This document shows positions 56,359 through 64,000 of a stretch of 64,000 nucleotides of DNA, piece by piece. The stretch comes from Methanobacteriota archaeon. Lineage in GTDB: Archaea > Methanobacteriota > Methanobacteria > Methanobacteriales > Methanobacteriaceae. The translations under genes and the position numbers were made by a program. The notes beneath the pieces are model-generated. The model had not been told where the DNA came from and ran no database searches. It was given only the letters and a program-made list of their open reading frames with translations. The stretch is from NCBI GenBank assembly GCA_963787255.1, contig CAWBCJ010000001.1, positions 1 through 64,000 on the forward strand, given 5' to 3'. Every line of letters starts with the position of its first letter. Position 1 is the stretch's first letter.

Positions 56359-57913
56359 ATGAAGACAATTAAAGAGATTAACCAGAAAATCAAGGATGGA
56401 GATGCTATTGTTTTAACTGCTGCAGAGATGACACAGTATGTTGAAGAAAATGGACTTAAAAAAGCAGCAGATGAAGTAGATGTTGTAACAACTGGAACAT
56501 TTGGTGCTATGTGTTCTTCAGGTGCATTTTTAAATTTCGGTCATTCTGATCCTCCAATAAAAATGAACAAAACCTTCTTAAACAATGTTGAGGCATACTC
56601 TGGCCTTGCTGCAGTGGATGCATATATAGGGGCCACCCAATTAAACAAAAACCCACAAATAGGCATGGATTATGGTGGTGCTCATCTAATTGAAGACCTT
56701 ATCCAAGGAAAGGAAATTGAATTAGTAGTAGAATCTTATGGAACTGATTGTTATCCTGCTAAGGAAATAGAGACTATTATTGATATTGATAGTTTAAATC
56801 ATGCCACCATGATAAACCCACGAAACTGTTATCAAAATTATGCTGTTGCCACCAATTCAACTGATGAAACTCTTTATACTTATATGGGAACACTTCTTCC
56901 TAATTTTGGAAATGTAAGCTACTCAAGCGCAGGACAACTAAGCCCTCTTCTAAATGATCCCTACTTCGAAACAATAGGTCTGGGAACAAGAATATTCCTT
57001 TGCGGAGGCGAAGGATACATCATAGGCGAAGGAACACAACATTCTACAGAAGTTGAACGGCGAAATGGAGTGCCTGTAGGTCCTGCGGGGACCTTAATGC
57101 TCATGGGTGACATGAAAAAGATGAACAGTGAATTCGTTAGGGGTGCAACTATGCAAAAATATGGCCCAACACTTTATGTTGGAGCGGGAATACCCATTCC
57201 AATTTTAAATGAAGAAATAGCTAAACGAACCGCGATAAGTGATGAAGATATAACTTGTCGAATTTTTGATTATGGAGTACCACAGACGTAGCCGTCCTGT
57301 TTTAAAAGAAACCAATTATAAAGAATTGAAAACTGGAAAAATCGAAATTAACGGTATTGAAATAAAAACATCACCACTTTCATCCTATAAAAAAGCCGAA
57401 GAAGTGGCAGATGAACTTAAAAGCTGGATAAACCAGGGTAAATTCTTCCTTACAGAACCGGTTAATCATATACCTTCTAAAGGTTACACAGTTAATCCTC
57501 TTGAAATTAAGAAACCGTCTGTCCTTGTAAAAGACATTGAAAGCAAACCAGTTATAATTTCTTACCCTACAGATGAAATAAGCGACGTTGCCAAAAAACT
57601 AGTAGAAAATCAGATAAACCATCTACCTGTTGTAGATAATGAAGGTAAACTTATGGGTATTGTAACCTCATGGGACATAGCCAATGCTGTTGCCAAAGGT
57701 AGAGTGAAATTAAAAGATGTTATGACAAAAAAGGTGGTAATCGCAAGAGAAGATGAACCTGTGGACGTTATAGCTCGAAGAATTGATAAATACGAAATTT
57801 CTGGACTACCTATTGTTGATAAGGATAATAAAGTGAAAGGAATGATTACAGCAGAAGATATTTCCAGGTTAATCGGTGAAAATACAAAAAATAATGATGA
57901 GGTGTCTGTATGA
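56359..57913 (+). CDS. L-aspartate semialdehyde sulfurtransferase (DUF39 + CBS pair), frameshifted
   Basis: [25 protein letters not shown]; C-terminal CBS pair; MJ0100/MA1821 family. Confidence 0.9.
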
Positions 57914-58296
57914 GAGCATGGTTAAAGTTTTCACCAGATATAGTCAATAAATCAATAATTTCAGATGCAATGAAAAGATATAATATCACATTTAACATAT
58001 TAAGGGCAGATATAACTCCAAAGGGTGGTAAAGCCCTCATCGAACTTGAAGGTGAGGAAGTAGATAAAGGTATTAAATATATGGAAAGTAAGGGAATACA
58101 GGTAAATTCAATCCAAAAAGTCTTAAAAAGAGATGAAGAAAAATGTGTAGATTGTGGTGCATGTGTTTCATTATGTCCAGTTAAAGCAATTTGCATCAAA
58201 GAAGACTGGAGCATTGGAATAGATAATGAATTATGTATTGGCTGCGGATTCTGCACTGGTTCTTGCCCTATGAAAGCCATAACCATTGTGGAATAA
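57910..58296 (+). CDS. NIL-domain ferredoxin partner of homocysteine synthesis
   Basis: FNILRA plus two CxxCxxCxxxCP motifs. Confidence 0.9.
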   Translation: MRAWLKFSPDIVNKSIISDAMKRYNITFNILRADITPKGGKALIELEGEEVDKGIKYMESKGIQVNSIQKVLKRDEEKCVDCGACVSLCPVKAICIKEDWSIGIDNELCIGCGFCTGSCPMKAITIVE

Positions 58297-58320
58297 AAAA
58301 CAACCTTTTTCCCCTTCTTT

Positions 58321-58698
58321 TTAGGTTTCTTTTAATTCTGGCATCTTCTCAAACTGGTTATTATCAAGAATCCAGATGTAGTCATCCATTTTTTTGCTTA
58401 AAACATAATATAATAAATAGATATCCAGATGAACATTTGCTAAATAGAATTTAGCTTTTTTTACGTCTTTTAGCGCATCATTTATTTCTTTTAGAGCATC
58501 TACATGAAATCCATTAATCTGTACATATTCCACGTTTTCAAATGACGTTTCAGGGATTTTTTCGAAGCTGTGTTGGTATAAAATGACACATTTGCTACAA
58601 TTACTTTCAATAATAGCTTTTAAGGCTATACTTTCATCATGAGCGGTTGTTACGAGGATACAATCATCCATATCTTCAAATGAGCGTTTTAAATCCAT
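58321..58698 (-). CDS. Hypothetical protein
   Basis: 125-aa ORF with AGGTG RBS. Confidence 0.65.
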   Translation of the reverse strand: MDLKRSFEDMDDCILVTTAHDESIALKAIIESNCSKCVILYQHSFEKIPETSFENVEYVQINGFHVDALKEINDALKDVKKAKFYLANVHLDIYLLYYVLSKKMDDYIWILDNNQFEKMPELKET

Positions 58699-58745
58699 TT
58701 TTATGACACCTTAAAAAATATAATTAATTATCCCAAATAAATGAT

Positions 58746-59202
58746 TTAAACAGGGATTTTACTGGGTAGTAGGGCAATATTAAACCAGAAATCATTAATA
58801 CCTTTAATGTACTTGTTGAATTCATCAATATCTAACGGTTTAATAAATACAGAATTAGCTTGGAGTCTATAAGCATTATTAATAATTTCTGGATCATTGG
58901 AAACAGTTACAATAATTACAGGGATGAGTTTTAAGTTTTTCATCGTTTTTTATTTCTTTTAATACTTCCCAACCATCTTTACGCGGTAAACCTAAATCAA
59001 GAAGTATTAAATCTGGACGAGGCACATCTTCATACTTGTTTTCTTGGTTTAGGAATTGTATGGCTTCAACACCATCATTAACAGTGTATAAATTCTTTTT
59101 TAATCTTATTCCTTTCAATGCTTCTTCAACTAACCTAATATCAGAAGGGTTATCTTCTACCATTAGTATATTCTGTTTGATTATGCTTTTGGTTCTATCC
59201 AT
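58746..59202 (-). CDS. Single-domain response regulator, frameshifted; close paralog of 42549-43004
   Basis: EDNPSD, PDLILLDLGLPRKDG, VTVSNDPEIINNAY. Confidence 0.88.
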
Positions 59203-59446
59203 TTTATATATCGCCTTTTTTGGAAAAAACAATTATACAATACTACTATTTTTGGATATAATACTATTTAATCATGTTTACTACTAATTAACAAATAATT
59301 AATACAAAAAAAAGTGTAATAATAATAGTAAAATAACTTTTATATAAATCTCTAACATCCGTATTATTTCCTGATTCGGATAAAATAAAAAATAGGAGTT
59401 GATTTAAGCACTGAATATTCCATTAACCATTAGATATAAAACTGTT

Positions 59447-61717
59447 TTATTTCCTCATTGAATCAATCTCAGTAGGTATAGTGAAATAAAAGGTAGAACC
59501 AACACCAAAACGAGGATTCAACCCAAGTATGACCACCATGACGTTCCACAATTCTTTTAATGATTGATAATCCAATACCTGTTCCTTTATAAACATCCCT
59601 TGTATGTAGACGCTGGAATATAGTAAAAATACGTTCAAAATATTGCTCTTCTATCCCAATACCATTATCAGATACGCTGAATACATACTCCTTTTCATCT
59701 TCAGACTTATAAGCAGATATATCAATTTTAAGCGGTTCTTCACATTTTCTAAACTTAATAGCATTTGAAATTAGGTTTTGGAACATCTTTTCCAACTGCC
59801 CTGCATCTCCCATTACATTGGGAAGCTCATCATATGTAATTTCAGCATCAGACTCCCTAATTAAAGTATGTAAACTTTTAATGATTTTATTTAATACCTC
59901 ATTAGTATTCACAAGCCCAAATTCTCCACTCTTTGTCCCAACACGTGAATAATCAAGTAAATCCTGAATTTGCTGTTTCATACGAATAGATGCCTCTACA
60001 ATATAACCCATAAACTCATCAGCATCACTATCCAAACGGCCTTTATAACGCATTTCCAAAAGTTGCGTGAAACTGGCAATAGTACGTAAAGGCTCTTGCA
60101 AATCATGACTAGAAACATAAGCAAACTGCCGTAATTCCTTATTTGAACGTTTTAAATCTTCTATAAGCTTCTTTTAATTGTTCTTCTGTTTCTTTACGTT
60201 CTGTAATATCACGATCTAAAATAATTATAGACTCAATTTCACCATTAGCATTAAATTCAGGTATTGCAGTAGTTTCTACGAATCTTAAGCCATTAATGGT
60301 GGAAAATTCAAATTCATAGTGTTGTATTTCACCAGTTTCAATTGCTTTTAGATTATGTTCCCTCCATATTGTAGCATATTCCTCTGGAATGCCTGCCTCC
60401 TCATAGGTCTTACCAATATAATATTCAGGTGATTGTCCAGTCATTTCAGTTATAACCGAATTAACATAAACATATCTTAAATTTTTATCCAACCGGATAA
60501 TGAAATCAGGAGAATTCTCCGCAAGCGTTCTAAAACTTTCTCTACTTCTATGAATTCCCTCTTCAGCTTCTTTACGTTCTGTAACATCATTCAATATTAA
60601 CACAACAGAAACAGAACCATCAATATTGATTATAGGAGTAGCTAATGCCTCATATGTCTTATCTAATCTAGAGGAATATTGTTCCCATTCAATTGTATCT
60701 CCTTGAAATGCTTGCTGAATTTTGCATTTCTGGCAGATTTCAGACCTACCATAAAAGTACTTATAACATTTATATCCTTTTAAGACCCCAAAATCCCTTT
60801 CCATCGCAGGATTAATGAATTCTACCTCATAATCATTATTTACCACATATATTCTATTTTTTGTTTTGTTTAGAATATTATTTAATTTATTTTTTTCTAT
60901 TTGAAGCTCTGCTGTACGTTTTTCAACCAGTTCTTCAAGATTATCGCGTGCACGCCTTAATTGTTCTTCTATTTGCTTGCGTTTAGTAATATCAGTGAAC
61001 ATGGCAAAAGAACCTGCAAATTCGCCCTCAGCATCTTTTTTAGGAGTAGCAGACACTAAAGCCCAACAAACACTCCCATCCTTGTGTTTTAATCGGAGCT
61101 CATAATCTCCATAAATGCCTTCTCGTCTCTGCATAACACGTTCTACATGTCCATTTAGATCTTCCTCAAAGAGAAAATCAGACATCGGCAGGCCAACCAT
61201 TTCTTCAACACTATATCCCAGCATGGCCGCCATAGTAGGATTAACATGTACAGTTATATAATGCTCATCAAATTCCCATATTCCCTCATTGGCAGTCTCT
61301 ACGATTCTACGGTACCTTTCTTCGCTTTCAGCTAATTTTTTATCAAGAGGATGTTTATAAAGCGCAGTTTCTATAGCACCGATTAATCCTTCATGGTTAA
61401 CAGGTTTAGTAAGAAATCCATAAGGTCTTGTTAATTTAGCCCTTTCAAAAGTTCTCCCATCAGAAAAAGCAGTTAAATAAATAACAGGAATATTAAAAAG
61501 AGTTTGGATATTTATCCGCAGCCTCAACACCGTCTATTTCTCCCTTAATCACTATATCCATCAGTACCAAGTCAGGTTTTAATTCTTCAGCCTTTTGAAT
61601 GGCTTCTTCCCCATTGGAAGCAGTTGCAACGACATCAAAACCATTGCTTTCTAATGTTCTTTGAATATCCATTGCAGTAATAGCTTCATCCTCAACAACC
61701 AATATTTTAATCTGCAT
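59447..61717 (-). CDS. Hybrid receiver-PAS histidine kinase, frameshifted
   Basis: KILVVEDE..PDLVLMDI, three PAS domains, [20 protein letters not shown]. Confidence 0.88.
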
Positions 61718-61841
61718 TCTAAACCCTTCAAAAAGAATATGATAGTAGATTGTAACGAACATATTATAATACTTTACTTTTTCAGATGCTCTTGCACTAA
61801 AACCATTAAATAAAACAGCACTTAGATTACCGGTGTTAAAA

Positions 61842-61970
61842 ATGAACATGACAGATGCAAGGGTACGTAAATGCAAGAATGTGTCCATTTTAATTGATAA
61901 GAAGATGCGAAGATGCAGAATTGAACACGAGAAATACATTATAATGTTAGAAAAACAATTCCTTATTTAA
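61842..61970 (+). CDS. Small ORF family copy D (MNMTDARVRKCKNVSILIDKKMRRCRIEHEKYIIMLEKQFLI)
   Basis: GGTG RBS, open 42-aa frame, homologous to three other copies. Confidence 0.6.
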   Translation: MNMTDARVRKCKNVSILIDKKMRRCRIEHEKYIIMLEKQFLI

Positions 61971-62577
61971 ATGATTTAATTTTTATGATTACCACTTAAT
62001 TCTTTTTAATCCCTGAAACTTCAAGGGTCGGTTATTTAATCATAATTAAACTTATTGCGTAAATTAAAATCCCACATATAACCACACTGAATAAAACAAA
62101 TATTTTTAACTGTTTATCACTCATCACGATATCATTTAACCCCTGGAGCTTCTGTAAGCGCCTTTAAATTCATTATTATGGGTCCTATTAATATATTTTT
62201 CAAGTTTAGTCTTTTTTGGAGCTGTTAATTTGAATTTTTCAGTATGTTTTTTTTATTGAATTTAGGTTAAACAGATTATTTTCCATGAGACCACATTAAA
62301 ATATGCCCCGATTGATTTAATAATATTTTCAATGGATAACCAACATTATTACTATACTCCTATGAAACAGTTCATCAATTAGAAGATAAGCTAATGTAAT
62401 TAAAATAATATTGGATTTTCATACAAAAAAAATGGACAAGATGAAGTTAAGAAAAAGTTATAGATATAATACGCTACTAATATTTCCATAATTTATGAAA
62501 AAAAATCATTGAAAAATAGTATAAATAACTTTTTTACGAGCGAGGGAGATAGTGAAAGTAAAACTGAAAAAAGGTTT

Positions 62578-62781
62578 TTATAACCTTTTAACAGCTAATT
62601 CAATGTCTGATGCTTTTACAGTTTTTCTTCCGGTGTGTTTTGCAAGTTTAACGGATTCTGTAGCTATCATTTCGCCTTGTTCTTCTAAAAATTTTGTTAA
62701 AGATTCTTTTGCATCTTCACTTACTCTTTTGGCACCTGCATTTTTTATTATTCTTCCAACTGGAGCAATTGGTAATTCCAT
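62578..62781 (-). CDS. Archaeal histone (HMf type)
   Basis: [21 protein letters not shown]...[15 protein letters not shown]. Confidence 0.96.
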   Translation of the reverse strand: MELPIAPVGRIIKNAGAKRVSEDAKESLTKFLEEQGEMIATESVKLAKHTGRKTVKASDIELAVKRL

Positions 62782-63244
62782 ATTTAATCACCTCATTTTT
62801 TTAGTAATACTTATTTTTATTTTAGTAATATAATCTCTATAAATAATCCCATATATATTTATCTTTTTTTCCTGTGATTATTTGGAAAATTATATGATTT
62901 TTGGTCATTTTAAGTCAATCCATATGATTTTTACAGTGTCACAAAGAAAATTAAAAGAAAAAAATTACATAAAAAAAAGCTATGATGAAAAACACTCCCT
63001 TCAAAAAGAAATGATCAAGTTAAAACTATTAGTAAAACTCATTTTGAAAAACTCGGTAACATGATCAAAATCACCAATAGAATGAAAGGGACAGCTTTAA
63101 AGATCAAGTAAGAAAACCTTGAAACAAATGAGGCTTATTCATGCTCTAAAAAAATTTTTTGATGGAAAGATGTTAAGTAATATTTAAATTGATCCTGCAT
63201 GATTATAATTAAATTAGATAATACATATCAGGAGGGTGGTTAAT

Positions 63245-63961
63245 ATGAAAAAGTATATTATTGCAGTTTTACTGCTTTTTGCAGTGGTAGCAGCATCAGG
63301 ATGCATAAATCAAGGCGCAACCGGATCAGGAAAAATAGTAAATGAATCAAGAAGTGTCAGTGGTTTTAACCAAATTGACCTTAGTGGAACTGGGGAAATT
63401 ATTATTACTCAAGGAAACACGGAATCGGTAACTGTAGAGGCCGATGATAACCTTATGCAATATATAAAGACTGGAGTAAACAATAACAAACTATCAATTA
63501 GCTTTGATAATGGCATGCCCCGGCCAACTAAAGGGGTTAAATTTTATATAACAGTTAAAGATCTAAACTCTATTAATACATCTGGAAATGGGAAAATTGT
63601 CTCTGACAATTTAAGGGTCAATAATTTAGCCATAAATACAAATGGTGCAGGTGATGGTAATTTAAATAACTTTAATGCACAAACACTGAAAATCATGATT
63701 TCTGGGGCTGGAAAAATGAATGTTGCTGGAACTGTAAATGAACAGACCATAACTATTTCAGGGGCCGGAGATTATAATGCCAATAGTCTTTCCAGTAAAA
63801 CAGCGAGTATATCCATAAATGGTGGCGGTAGGGCTACAATTAGAGTTTCAGATGCATTAAATGCAGTTATAAACGGTGGTGGACAAATATCATACATCGG
63901 CAGCCCTAAAATAACTCAACAGATAAATGGTGCTGGAAATATCAAGCAAGTGCAGGGATGA
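63245..63961 (+). CDS. DUF2807 (head GIN domain) lipoprotein
   Basis: ASGC lipobox, GSGKIVNESRSVSGF, VEADDNL, SGAG beta-helix repeats. Confidence 0.88.
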   Translation: MKKYIIAVLLLFAVVAASGCINQGATGSGKIVNESRSVSGFNQIDLSGTGEIIITQGNTESVTVEADDNLMQYIKTGVNNNKLSISFDNGMPRPTKGVKFYITVKDLNSINTSGNGKIVSDNLRVNNLAINTNGAGDGNLNNFNAQTLKIMISGAGKMNVAGTVNEQTITISGAGDYNANSLSSKTASISINGGGRATIRVSDALNAVINGGGQISYIGSPKITQQINGAGNIKQVQG

Positions 63962-64000
63962 AGTTTAAACTAATAAAAATTTCATCTTAATTCTTTTTTT

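Noticed and set aside
61718-61939. N-terminal extension of the hybrid kinase, and likewise minus ORF 40668-40952
   Set aside because: Antisense to the small-ORF family, lacks an evident RBS, and is not open to the kinase in the 21.3-kb copy.
62578-62781. Histone as an unusual variant
   Set aside because: Canonical HMf-type length and motifs.

Overview
AT-rich archaeal DNA, most consistent with a Methanobacterium-like methanogen (HMf-type histone, DUF39/NIL-ferredoxin homocysteine genes, DUF2769 and DUF166 families, GGAGG/GGTG ribosome-binding sites). Many genes, housekeeping ones included, are broken by 1-2 nt indels typical of an unpolished long-read assembly, so frameshifts alone are not taken as pseudogenes. 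Positions 1-24.7 kb carry a tailed-virus head/packaging module on the minus strand: ParB-methylase, TerS, TerL, portal, protease-scaffold, cement protein and the start of a probable capsid gene. A small regulatory arm with RHH proteins lies at 22.5-24.6 kb. The module is interrupted twice by PAS sensor-kinase cassettes that share both ends, and no integrase or replication gene is visible at this end of the element. The rest is accessory and housekeeping DNA: RNase III, an arsenic/metal island, CbiM, rubrerythrin, decayed kinase fragments, cupredoxins, an anchor-less SdhAB-aspartase operon, a rubredoxin-fused TPP enzyme, four DUF2769 genes, TldD, homocysteine synthesis and a histone. The best unannotated signals are a four-copy family of ~40-aa ORFs mostly divergent from PAS kinases, a four-copy GGGCGGCAACCAC motif tying the two viral arms together, and a pair of homologous hairpin/anti-SD sRNA candidates.
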